Positions 9,275 to 18,210 of a DNA stretch of 26,236 nt are shown piece by piece. The stretch's first letter is position 1. Each line of letters opens with the position of its first letter. The notes beneath the pieces were generated by a model. It was not told the DNA's origin. It searched no databases and saw nothing but the letters and a program-made list of their open reading frames with translations. The DNA comes from Candidatus Aenigmatarchaeota archaeon (GTDB lineage Archaea; Aenigmatarchaeota; Aenigmatarchaeia; Aenigmatarchaeales; SZUA-1535). A program made the position numbers and the translations under genes. The DNA is taken from the NCBI GenBank assembly GCA_015521535.1, contig WAOA01000018.1, positions 1 through 26,236 on the forward strand, given 5' to 3'.

Positions 9275-9330
9275 TAACGTTCCGAAAGACTGTTTTTCTA
9301 ATTCTAGAATTTCTTAAAAAAATTTATTAA

Positions 9331-10986
9331 ATGGTTCTGCTCAAAAATATAAGTGTGAAAAAAAGAAATCTGCTTTGGATTATAGGTATAGTAGGAATAG
9401 TTATTAGTATAGCGTATGCTCAGAACATTAGCGTTAAAGCAGGGTATATTACAAAAGCGAATCTTTATTCTGAAATCTCTACATGGAGATGGGGGGGGAT
9501 AATAGGGTATGTAACCCCAGGTACGCTTCCCGAATCTCCGGATCCTTTTCTTCAGCATAGTATAACAGCGGGAGTAATAGATATGATAAACGTCTCGGCA
9601 TCAAATCTCAAAGACGGCAAACACTATTTTGCCGCACTACCTTATGACACCGCTCTCACTATAAATGTGAGTAAGATGCGGAATATTACAGAGAATGATT
9701 TAGAAGAATTCGGAATTTTCAACGCCACCAATTTTCCGATATTTCATCCGAACTATTATCAGAACAGCGATAACCCGAAAACCACTTTTTGTTGTTATAA
9801 TGAAACGATTCTGATTTCTGGCAAGCCCTTTACGGCTTTCAGGATAGTGCTTAAAAATAATGTGAGATACTATCTCTTGAAATACCAGTTTAACGACTCT
9901 TATGCTCTTCCTCTTTTCCTTGTAAATATCTCCGATTATACATGCTACGACTCCACTACATGTCAGTTCGAATTCATGCTTCCTGCAGATAAAACTTATC
10001 AACTGTATGTGCTTTCGAAAGAGCCGGCGTATGACATAAAAGTTTTCGTAGATGGGGTGGAAACTACTGATATACCGAATACGGGATTACCTTATAATAT
10101 TACTACGGTAGTGTACGATATATATACACAAATACCTGTACCTAACAAGACTATTGTAGTATTCGAAGATAACGGTAATAATATATTTTCACCTTTACCG
10201 ATTATTTCGACCACATCAAGAGTTATGGCTTATACCGAATCCGACTCTAAAGGCAGGGTACAGTTTATAATATCTCCTACACCTACATTTCAAGAAGCAG
10301 GAATTTATTCATTAAAAGTAGGTATCTTGAGCACTAAAGATATAATCACAAATCAAAAAACGCTAAACATTCTGGATATGGAACTTAAAGGCGGTAAAAA
10401 ATATATATCGCCTACAGAACTTTTGGACAATTCGAAAGCCACGGTAGTTTACATGATACAGTTAGAGGATAGTGTGTATAACTGGGCTCAGCAGAGAAAG
10501 GCTAACAAGTATACAATTTTTGTCGACACTTCCGGAAGTTACACTATAAGAAATGAGTCGGACGGATTATATTATTCATCAGCATCCATACAAACAGGCG
10601 CAGTGAATTATATCAGCGTAATACTTCGCTCCGGCGGGGTGGATGTTCCGGGATATGTTGTACCAGAAGAAACAGCAGGATTTATAGTAATGAATCCCAC
10701 TTATAATCCGCCTGTCGTCGGTCCTAAAAACCACACCCATAAAGTTTTTTATATCCCGACAGGTACAGGATTTGTTATAGCGCCTACAAAAATGGGTCCT
10801 GCAAACAGCGAGGTAAAGTTATATGTGTATGATTCAAATTATTATCTCGTTGCCACGATACCTTTATACATAGATAAATCCACAACTATTACAGGCAATG
10901 CTGTATTTTACCAAAACGATGACATGCAGGCAAAGATAGTAAAAACCATACAGGTGATAAACACTCTGTACTACGCCTATTGGTGA
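9331..10986 (+). CDS. Secreted protein: N-terminal domain A (homologous to 18211) plus domain B (homologous to the C-terminus of 10991); putative adaptor/base subunit
   Basis: Signal peptide to AYA|Q; SVKAGYITKANLYSEISTWRWGGIIG aligns with TVQAGYIRLANVSTEMSTYHWAGIYG; no TM anchor. ORF is confident, function is inferred. Confidence 0.6.
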   Translation: MVLLKNISVKKRNLLWIIGIVGIVISIAYAQNISVKAGYITKANLYSEISTWRWGGIIGYVTPGTLPESPDPFLQHSITAGVIDMINVSASNLKDGKHYFAALPYDTALTINVSKMRNITENDLEEFGIFNATNFPIFHPNYYQNSDNPKTTFCCYNETILISGKPFTAFRIVLKNNVRYYLLKYQFNDSYALPLFLVNISDYTCYDSTTCQFEFMLPADKTYQLYVLSKEPAYDIKVFVDGVETTDIPNTGLPYNITTVVYDIYTQIPVPNKTIVVFEDNGNNIFSPLPIISTTSRVMAYTESDSKGRVQFIISPTPTFQEAGIYSLKVGILSTKDIITNQKTLNILDMELKGGKKYISPTELLDNSKATVVYMIQLEDSVYNWAQQRKANKYTIFVDTSGSYTIRNESDGLYYSSASIQTGAVNYISVILRSGGVDVPGYVVPEETAGFIVMNPTYNPPVVGPKNHTHKVFYIPTGTGFVIAPTKMGPANSEVKLYVYDSNYYLVATIPLYIDKSTTITGNAVFYQNDDMQAKIVKTIQVINTLYYAYW

Positions 10987-10990
10987 TGAA

Positions 10991-12793
10991 ATGAAGAAAG
11001 AGATATATTTAATATATTTCATTGTACTATCTGCGTTTTTAATAACCCCTGTTTTAGGAGTCACGGCAAGCATAAAAGATTCAAGTTTCAATACCGTAAA
11101 TCTTTACTATACCGGCTCTTCTTCTTCTGATCCTGGTCAGTATTATTTTGATGGCGTACCGAGCAAAGGAAATCCTAATGTAGGCATAGAACTTTGCGAT
11201 GCTGGGCAGGCATATGTTGGCGCTGCGTACGCTATAAATGTAGGCGGTAGTTGGCAATACGCTTTAATAACGTACGCCTCATCTTCAGAAGCACTTTCAT
11301 ATACTTCACAATCCGGCTCTGCAGCAGGCTGTTACTTTACACCAATAGATTTCCTTACCTTCAGCCCGTATCTTTACACAACCCCGAATCCGGATGTTTA
11401 CGTTGCTGCTTTTCCCGGAAGGCTTTACGTTGCCTATGAGACAAGCGCTAATCCCGGGACGCTGAGTAATTTTGTGTTTGTCGGAAACAACGGCTATCTT
11501 CGTGGCAGTTATACCGTGCCCAGAAGCTTCGATGAAAGCACATGTACAATAAGCATCTCTGAACCCACAATTTCCTTTCAGTATTACGGCGGTAGTTTTT
11601 CTGCCGGAGCGAGCGACTCCAATGTAGGAATTTCTAATGAGAGAAGAATGGTAATAGGTGTTTGTACAGACGATCAAGGAAGTGCCTGCAATGACGGAAC
11701 AGTTCTAAGCTCTGCTACATTTCCTTTGACACTCGGTACAGGGCTCACGGGCTCGCCGTGTGTTAATGATCAAGCCACACCTATAGATAGATATGTGGTG
11801 ATAAACGGTCTCGGAAACTATATCTGCATAGGCCCCAACCTTAAAGTTTCGATAACACAACTTTCTCCGAATCCTGTGTATTATAACCAGACTCTGACCA
11901 TAAGTTACAGAATCACAAACCCGAGAGATACGCCTTACGAGACGCAGGGAGGGAATGTAAGGGTCACGACGGATTTTACGGTTAGAGTTTCGATTTTCAA
12001 CGCTTCAAATCCCTCGCAGATCGTGTATGAAAATGTAGAAACCATAACGGATGACATTCCTGTCAACGGTGCTGTTGACAGAACTCTCTACTGGCGCGCC
12101 GCTGTACACAGCGGAACGTATACGGTAAAAGTAGAAGTTGATTACGGCTCTGCAATAGGAGAGTGTAACGAAGGTGATAATTCAGCACAACAGAATTTCG
12201 AAGTTAAACCTGTTGTAATTCCGGAAATATGGATAAACGGAAATAAAACAGATACCTTTCCCTATCCCGGCAGACCTTACAACTTCTCGCTCTATCTGAG
12301 AAATTCCGACAACGAAACCTTGAGAAACGCTTATGTAAAAATTGTGGAAAAGAACGGACTCTCGCTTTTCACACCCACGCAGATATGGGATAAGATTCAC
12401 GACCAATACGGAAACAAAACAAAAAATGCAACAATAGTTACTTCTATAACAGAAGTTTACACAGATTATTACGGATGGGTTAATATTACTTTAATTCCCA
12501 CCGGCAATAGATTATTCGCTCCTGAATATGCCTATACAAACGCTTCGCAGGTACTCGGAAACTATTCTTTATACCTTACAGGAAGATATCTCAAAGGTAA
12601 TATATGGGAAGATTTCAAATTCGTTATAAACGATCAACTTCTTGACAACTACCCTCTCAACATCCAAAATCCGTATACATACAAAGGTTACGATAAAGAA
12701 ATCGCATTCCATAATCAGAAAAACTTTGTCGAGGTAGTTATGGATTTCGTTTACACAGTATTCGCAAATTTCTGGAAAGCGATTGTAAAGTGA
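10991..12793 (+). CDS. Secreted protein: domain C + CARDB + domain B; putative adaptor
   Basis: Signal peptide; CARDB-like PNLKVSITQLSPNPVYYNQTLTISYRITN...YTVKVEVDYGSAIGECNEGDN; SD GGTGA; N- and C-terminal domains shared with 12800 and 9331 respectively. Confidence 0.6.
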   Translation: MKKEIYLIYFIVLSAFLITPVLGVTASIKDSSFNTVNLYYTGSSSSDPGQYYFDGVPSKGNPNVGIELCDAGQAYVGAAYAINVGGSWQYALITYASSSEALSYTSQSGSAAGCYFTPIDFLTFSPYLYTTPNPDVYVAAFPGRLYVAYETSANPGTLSNFVFVGNNGYLRGSYTVPRSFDESTCTISISEPTISFQYYGGSFSAGASDSNVGISNERRMVIGVCTDDQGSACNDGTVLSSATFPLTLGTGLTGSPCVNDQATPIDRYVVINGLGNYICIGPNLKVSITQLSPNPVYYNQTLTISYRITNPRDTPYETQGGNVRVTTDFTVRVSIFNASNPSQIVYENVETITDDIPVNGAVDRTLYWRAAVHSGTYTVKVEVDYGSAIGECNEGDNSAQQNFEVKPVVIPEIWINGNKTDTFPYPGRPYNFSLYLRNSDNETLRNAYVKIVEKNGLSLFTPTQIWDKIHDQYGNKTKNATIVTSITEVYTDYYGWVNITLIPTGNRLFAPEYAYTNASQVLGNYSLYLTGRYLKGNIWEDFKFVINDQLLDNYPLNIQNPYTYKGYDKEIAFHNQKNFVEVVMDFVYTVFANFWKAIVK

Positions 12794-12799
12794 TGGGAA

Positions 12800-15121
12800 A
12801 TGAAAAAATATATTTTAATGGCTGGAATAATGCTACTTGTAATAAATGTCTCCGTAGCCATGACGGTAAATCTTACGGACTATTACGGCAATGCCACATC
12901 GCTTTTATACGATTACGATAACGTTACGCAATACACTTCATGGTCGTATAAAGATTCTTCTTTAAGAAATCCGAATGTGTTTATGAGGCTGTGTAATCTT
13001 ACAAACGATTTCTACAACGTTTTTCTTGACTTAAGATATGCTACAGAATCAGGAAACCTTTCGGAATCATTGCTTTCTCTTCTACCTCTCGTCAATCTCA
13101 CGAATCTTTCCTCTTCATGTAAGTTTATAGATATAGATATCTCTAGCTTCAAAGCCCTTTATCCAGCATATCCGTTTTTCTATCTTCTGAATTCTTCAGC
13201 GAATTCAAGCGTTATCGCGAAATTTAAACTTTCAGAAAGTTTCAACGGCTCCTACAAGGTGGGAATAGATGTAGATAATGTGGATAAAATTACCTATATT
13301 ACTATAACCGAAATATACGATGATAGGGGAAGATTGATCAATACTTCGTATCCAAAACTTTACATTACAATTTTAAAAAACAATACTCCTGTTGCTGAAG
13401 GAAAAACTGCTCCCAGATCGCCTTTGCCGTTCAATTACACTTTTGTTGATGAAGAAGAAATATATGTAAACGGAATTCTTTCGCTGAAAGTAAAAACCTT
13501 CGAGCCGTGCGGAGTTATAAACGAATCCGGGTATTATATCCTGAACGCTTCTGCATGGAATGTTAACGATACCTGTATAGTAATAGAAAATATTTCAAAT
13601 ACGTTTCTTAATTTTGCAAATCTCACCATTGATGGTGATTACAGCGTAAACGGCTCTTTGCGTGAAGATGTCTGCGGCATACTGATAAGAAATTCGGAAA
13701 ACGTTTCTATCTATGATATGCGCGTCGAACATTTCGGAAGAGGTGTATGCGTAAAAAATTCTCGTGGAGTAAAAATTTACGGAACACATGCAAGCGAGAA
13801 TCTTAAAGGCATTTATCTTGAAAACTCCTCAGTGGAAATTTCAAATATAAAGTTGAACACGGTTAAAGAAGAAATCTTTGCAACCAAGAATTCCTATGTA
13901 AAGGTTAATCGGGTGGAACTTCCAGAAGAAACCAAAGTTTCTTTTGAAGCATCTGACATAGCGCTACGAGACGTTCCTGATCCGCCTCCCGATAGAGAAG
14001 GTTACAAAAACATAAAACAATTCGCTAATATCAGCAAAACCGAAGGCGATGCATGGGTTTATAAAATAACATTTCACTATACGTATCCGCTGCCTAACAA
14101 TGTCACGCATGTAGTTTACATCACAAAAGTAGACGGAATATATCTTAACGGAACATGGGCAAATCTTACATATCAAGATTTTCAAGCAAATAAACAGGAT
14201 TTTTCGGATAAAACCGGAAAAATTACTCACGGTTATGCATGGATAGAAGAAAATTTCACGGATTTCTCTATTTTCATACCTTACGGTTTGAACATAACGG
14301 CTCCGCAACCGGTTCCGCAGCCTCAACCGAGGCCGACTCCAACACCATCTCGGATAATAGGCAAGGTTGAAGAAATAGTACCGCCGAATCTTAATTTAAC
14401 CTTACATACATATGAAATAACAATCCAACAGGGAGAAATTAAAGAAATAGGTTTTAATCTATCAAATGAAGGAGATGTAGATGTATACAATGCCGTGGTT
14501 CTCGCTTTGGTTAGAAAGGGCTGGCTAACCGCAGGTGTAAATTTCGATGTGGTTAGAGCAGGAGAAACGAAAATAAGTAAGTTTTACCTTAAAGTATATG
14601 AAAATGAGATTCCGGGAGTATATTATATACCTGTAAAGGCTATACTCAAAGAAAACAATGTTACGGTAGATGTTGAGATATTAAAAGTAAGGGTTGTACC
14701 GAGACAGAGGATTGCTAAAATAGATATTCTGGAAATTCTCCCGTATCTTTCTTTACCCGAGCATTCCAAGGTACCCATCTCGGTTTTGGTAGAAAACACA
14801 GGAGATTATGATCTCCAAAATATTAGACTTTCTATAGAAGGTGCGGAAAAATGTATAGAAAAAATCGAAGGTAAGTATGATCTCAAAAGAGGTGAAAAGA
14901 AAAGTTTGACGTTTATCGTTTATACGAAAAATGCAGGGAATAAATGCACAGGTGTATACGTCTTCAGATCAAAAGAAGGAATAGTCGGAATGTATCCGGT
15001 AATAATAAAGATAAGACCGAAGACGCTGGTAGAGATAATAAAAATATTCCCGATAATATACATTATATGGACGCTCTTCACGATATATATAATTTACAGG
15101 AGGTTGAAAAAACGTGGCTGA
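12800..15121 (+). CDS. Membrane-anchored surface protein: domain C, right-handed beta-helix (NosD/pectin-lyase-like), PGF-pre-PGF-like domain, Pro-rich linker, two NEW3/CARDB-like domains, C-terminal TM
   Basis: PCGVINESGYYILN...GILIRNSENVSIYD..VEHFGRGVCVKNS; APQPVPQPQPRPTPTPS; FNLSNEGDVD and VLVENTGDYDL; TM IFPIIYIIWTLFTIYII plus RRLKKRG. Confidence 0.7.
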   Translation: MKKYILMAGIMLLVINVSVAMTVNLTDYYGNATSLLYDYDNVTQYTSWSYKDSSLRNPNVFMRLCNLTNDFYNVFLDLRYATESGNLSESLLSLLPLVNLTNLSSSCKFIDIDISSFKALYPAYPFFYLLNSSANSSVIAKFKLSESFNGSYKVGIDVDNVDKITYITITEIYDDRGRLINTSYPKLYITILKNNTPVAEGKTAPRSPLPFNYTFVDEEEIYVNGILSLKVKTFEPCGVINESGYYILNASAWNVNDTCIVIENISNTFLNFANLTIDGDYSVNGSLREDVCGILIRNSENVSIYDMRVEHFGRGVCVKNSRGVKIYGTHASENLKGIYLENSSVEISNIKLNTVKEEIFATKNSYVKVNRVELPEETKVSFEASDIALRDVPDPPPDREGYKNIKQFANISKTEGDAWVYKITFHYTYPLPNNVTHVVYITKVDGIYLNGTWANLTYQDFQANKQDFSDKTGKITHGYAWIEENFTDFSIFIPYGLNITAPQPVPQPQPRPTPTPSRIIGKVEEIVPPNLNLTLHTYEITIQQGEIKEIGFNLSNEGDVDVYNAVVLALVRKGWLTAGVNFDVVRAGETKISKFYLKVYENEIPGVYYIPVKAILKENNVTVDVEILKVRVVPRQRIAKIDILEILPYLSLPEHSKVPISVLVENTGDYDLQNIRLSIEGAEKCIEKIEGKYDLKRGEKKSLTFIVYTKNAGNKCTGVYVFRSKEGIVGMYPVIIKIRPKTLVEIIKIFPIIYIIWTLFTIYIIYRRLKKRG
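14300..14350 (+). repeat. Pro/Gln/Thr low-complexity linker (in-frame)
   Basis: Encodes APQPVPQPQPRPTPTPS; imperfect CCG-CAA/CAG/ACT codon repeats. Confidence 0.7.
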
Positions 15122-15368
15122 AAAAGATGAGAAAAAAGAAGAGGAATTTGATTTTATTACACCGTATCTTGAAAAAATAGGTCTGGAAGAAAAGAAAGAG
15201 AAAAAAAAGCACGAGGAACGTCATCTGGAAATTCACGGTGGAGAAATAGTAAATGATATTATAGAACTCGCAAAGAAGGAAAGAAAAATAACTCTTACGC
15301 TTGGGATAGAAATAGTTTTAACGGTTATATTAATACTTATGCTCCTAGGAGTGATTCCGTTTTTCTGA
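15114..15368 (+). CDS. Small tail-anchored membrane protein, hypothetical
   Basis: GTG start overlapping the upstream stop with SD GGAGGT; charged N-terminus and a single C-terminal TM; no signal peptide. Confidence 0.62.
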   Translation: MAEKDEKKEEEFDFITPYLEKIGLEEKKEKKKHEERHLEIHGGEIVNDIIELAKKERKITLTLGIEIVLTVILILMLLGVIPFF

Positions 15369-15575
15369 CCAAAACTGAAAATATATTTAGACCGTTCGGA
15401 TAAAAGCCCACCTCCTTAAAAATATACATCTGCACATAAGGAAAGTACATCCTGTCGTGATAAGAACTGGGAAGAGGGTTGAAAATGAATCGCCTATATA
15501 GATTTTTCTGTGCGCGATAATCGCCGCATGCATGAACTTTCGCCCGCTCGCAATATCTTTTATCTCAATTCTTGA

Positions 15576-16031
15576 TTATCCGGATGTTCCCATTTTTCTG
15601 AGCATGGTTATTATATTTTTCTTTATTTTTTCCTTTCTCCTCGGAGGAATCGGTTTGGAAGAATATTCTATGTAAATCATATTTTCCAGGAATTCTATAA
15701 CATCTTCCTTTTCATCTTCCGGAATGCTATCTAACTCTTCTATTCTTTTTTTCATCTCCATGTAAGTCGTAACACCCTTAATGTTGTATTTCCTTTTAAG
15801 AAATTCAAAAATCCTGTCTCCCAAATCGATGAGCTTTTTTCTCATGGTTTCAGAAGATGAAGCATCAAGAATTTTATCCAGCGTTAAATCAAATGAAATT
15901 TTGTTTAATACCGCTCTAAGTTTTTTAATCTCGTTTTCTGTTTCTTCGAACCTTTTTTTAAAATAATAAAACTGAAAACCTGCTATACCGAGCGCTAAAA
16001 CCAATACAACAACTAAAGCGAGTTCTATCAT
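15576..16031 (-). CDS. Single-pass membrane protein with coiled coil and helical cytoplasmic domain, hypothetical
   Basis: N-terminal TM, FEETENEIKKLRAVL coiled coil, then TTYMEM...FLENMIYIEYS, loosely reminiscent of DUF4129-type domains found near MoxR/DUF58 loci (weak). Confidence 0.62.
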   Translation of the reverse strand: MIELALVVVLVLALGIAGFQFYYFKKRFEETENEIKKLRAVLNKISFDLTLDKILDASSSETMRKKLIDLGDRIFEFLKRKYNIKGVTTYMEMKKRIEELDSIPEDEKEDVIEFLENMIYIEYSSKPIPPRRKEKIKKNIITMLRKMGTSG

Positions 16032-16063
16032 GGTTTATTTTTTGACAAAAGGAGATTATAAAT

Positions 16064-17770
16064 TTATCTCTTGTAGCGATATCTGTAATGTTTCGGCTTT
16101 CTTTTAGAGAGTATGAATAGTATCACTATACCTATACCTACAATCACAGGAATTATTAATATCATCGGAATTCCAGAAGCAACTTCTACCGGAAGCGTTA
16201 CCACGGCTGATTTTACAACAGCATCTTTCCTTTCTCCGTAATCCGCTTCTATTTTTATCTTAGAATTTTCCTGAATATCTATTTCATCAAGTTCGGCAGG
16301 AATATATATTTCCTTTACTTCTCCCGGTTTAAGTTCTACAATACCCGAACTCAAAGAATCAGTAATGCCTTTAATTTTAACATCGAGGAGTTTTATTATA
16401 ACAACCGCCTTAACATCGCCTATATTTTTAACCTTAATACCGAATCTTTTAGAGCCCTTATAGTATTTCGCTTCGAGAATCTCTATCTTCGATCGATCCT
16501 TTATTTCAGAGATTTTTAATGGTAGTGAAAACGGCGGGCCAAACTTGCCTGCCTGCGTTAGATACGAATCAAGGTTTTTCGGAGATTCACCGTATGAGGT
16601 ATAGAACTCTACTGTTATATTTCCTGTCAACTCGGTAAGAAAAACATCGTAACTTCGCCATACGCTTTCACCCGCTCCTATGAAAACCGCTTCGCTATCT
16701 CCGCCACTCGCAATTTCTTGACCGTTTTTCAGAACTCTGAAAGTGGTGAACTCGTACACCCCTGTTTGCCCTTCATTCGAAAACTGGATCATTAACTTTT
16801 TGTTTTCAGGATCGTAAACCGCTGAAAGTATGTTTAATTTTAATTCGAGCTTCGGGAGGGGAAACATAGAAAGAGCGTAAATCTGACCGCTTATTCCAGG
16901 TGTGGATTGACCGAATTTTATGAACACGGATACTTTTTTGTTGGTCTTTTCTCTTATTCTTTCTCCGACATAAGTGAGTTGCGGGCCTATTGCTATTACC
17001 GTTTTTATTCCGTTCGAGTTTATAAAATCGAGAACTTCGTCAGGAAGTAGATTTGTTCCCACAAGAAGAACGGGAGAAGCGCCTTTAAGAATTTCAAGTT
17101 CTATATAATTTCCTTCCGTGATAATCGCCTGTGAAGTTTTTTTCACTTTAAGGAACTCTTCACCCAGTTTAGCGCTTATTTCAAATTTTGAGTTTCCTGT
17201 TATTCTTTTATCGAAGTACTGGGAAATTGTATTTTCTATGGATCTTTTGAAATTACCTATTCCTACTACTTTCTGAGCGTTTGCAAGCATACTTGCTATG
17301 TCGTTTGCATTGTTATCGTTAACTATTAAGACCCATGCTCTGTTTGCCATTGCAAGCGCTCCTGCAGGAAGAGAGAGATAGGGAAAATCTTCTTCCACAA
17401 CGTAATAAGAATTTGCTTCTTCCGGCTTGAGGTCTCTGTAAGAATTCGTTACGGTGATTTTTTGTACTATATTATAACCGCGCAATCTTATCTGGCTTTC
17501 GAGATTCGGAATGTATCTGTCGCCGGATTCTATAAGAATTACGGGCTGCTTAGGAAGAACGTTAAAAAGTCCTGCAGGATTAGGAGAATTCGCGAAATAC
17601 ACAGGATAGTTGTTGTAATTCGCGTAAAGCACGCCGTAATAAACATCTTTCCAGTCCTTGGAATTTATCACAACAACTTCTCCGTGAACAACAGGGAGAA
17701 GCATAAAAAAGACTCCGATAGAAACTACAAGGTATCGGTATGAATTTCTCGTGCCTAGTTTCGTCATCAC
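16064..17770 (-). CDS. Membrane-anchored surface protein with three CWB2-like repeats and two Ig-like domains; paralog of 7583-9274
   Basis: NSKDWKDVYYGVLYA, DFPYLSLPAGALAMANRAWVLIV, KRITGNSKFEISAKLGEEF, PVLLVGTNLLPDEVLDFINSNGIKTVIAIGP; C-terminal TM plus KRKPK. TATA TTTATAAA at 17800-17793. Confidence 0.68.
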   Translation of the reverse strand: MMTKLGTRNSYRYLVVSIGVFFMLLPVVHGEVVVINSKDWKDVYYGVLYANYNNYPVYFANSPNPAGLFNVLPKQPVILIESGDRYIPNLESQIRLRGYNIVQKITVTNSYRDLKPEEANSYYVVEEDFPYLSLPAGALAMANRAWVLIVNDNNANDIASMLANAQKVVGIGNFKRSIENTISQYFDKRITGNSKFEISAKLGEEFLKVKKTSQAIITEGNYIELEILKGASPVLLVGTNLLPDEVLDFINSNGIKTVIAIGPQLTYVGERIREKTNKKVSVFIKFGQSTPGISGQIYALSMFPLPKLELKLNILSAVYDPENKKLMIQFSNEGQTGVYEFTTFRVLKNGQEIASGGDSEAVFIGAGESVWRSYDVFLTELTGNITVEFYTSYGESPKNLDSYLTQAGKFGPPFSLPLKISEIKDRSKIEILEAKYYKGSKRFGIKVKNIGDVKAVVIIKLLDVKIKGITDSLSSGIVELKPGEVKEIYIPAELDEIDIQENSKIKIEADYGERKDAVVKSAVVTLPVEVASGIPMILIIPVIVGIGIVILFILSKRKPKHYRYRYKR

Positions 17771-17818
17771 AATTTATTTGTTATAAGATATATTTATAAA
17801 TTACTCTATATAACGATA

Positions 17819-18166
17819 ATTAAATACTCTAACAATGTAAAAGTTTCGCGAAAATTACAAAAATTACGAGAACTATGCTGAGAAAGGTTATTTCATGGTT
17901 AATTGTTTTTATATCGTGATTTCGCGCTTATTATAACGTATTTATTGATCAATTCAATCAATATCATAGTTTATCATAAGTTTATGATCTTTTTATTTAA
18001 TCGAATAAAGCACAAAGAAAACTGATTTCGCGATTAATCATTTTAAATTATCTTTTTACTATTATCATAAGAATTTCATTATAAATCTGGAATTAAAAAT
18101 TTATTATAGAAAAGGGAGAATTTTTAATAAAAATTTCATTCTCGAGAAACCGATTAAATACTCTAA
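17819..18166. repeat. 14-bp direct repeat ATTAAATACTCTAA (17819-17832 and 18153-18166)
   Basis: Two exact copies, each just upstream of one of the two divergent TATA boxes; a degenerate third copy near 17796-17809. Confidence 0.55.
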
Positions 18167-18178
18167 AGTATAGATAAT

Positions 18179-18186
18179 TTTATATA
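18179..18186 (+). promoter_or_regulatory. TATA box (TTTATATA) of the major secreted subunit gene
   Basis: Consensus TATA 25 nt upstream of ATG 18211, implying a leaderless mRNA. Confidence 0.55.
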
Positions 18187-18210
18187 TCGGTTCTTATAAA
18201 AAATTAAACC

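Noticed and set aside
9300-9311. Perfect palindrome AATTCTAGAATT upstream of 9331
   Set aside because: AT-rich, single occurrence, no matching motif elsewhere in the window.
15409-15416. CACCTCCT, resembling the 16S rRNA 3' end or a strong SD on the minus strand
   Set aside because: No rRNA context and no suitably spaced start codon with an open frame.
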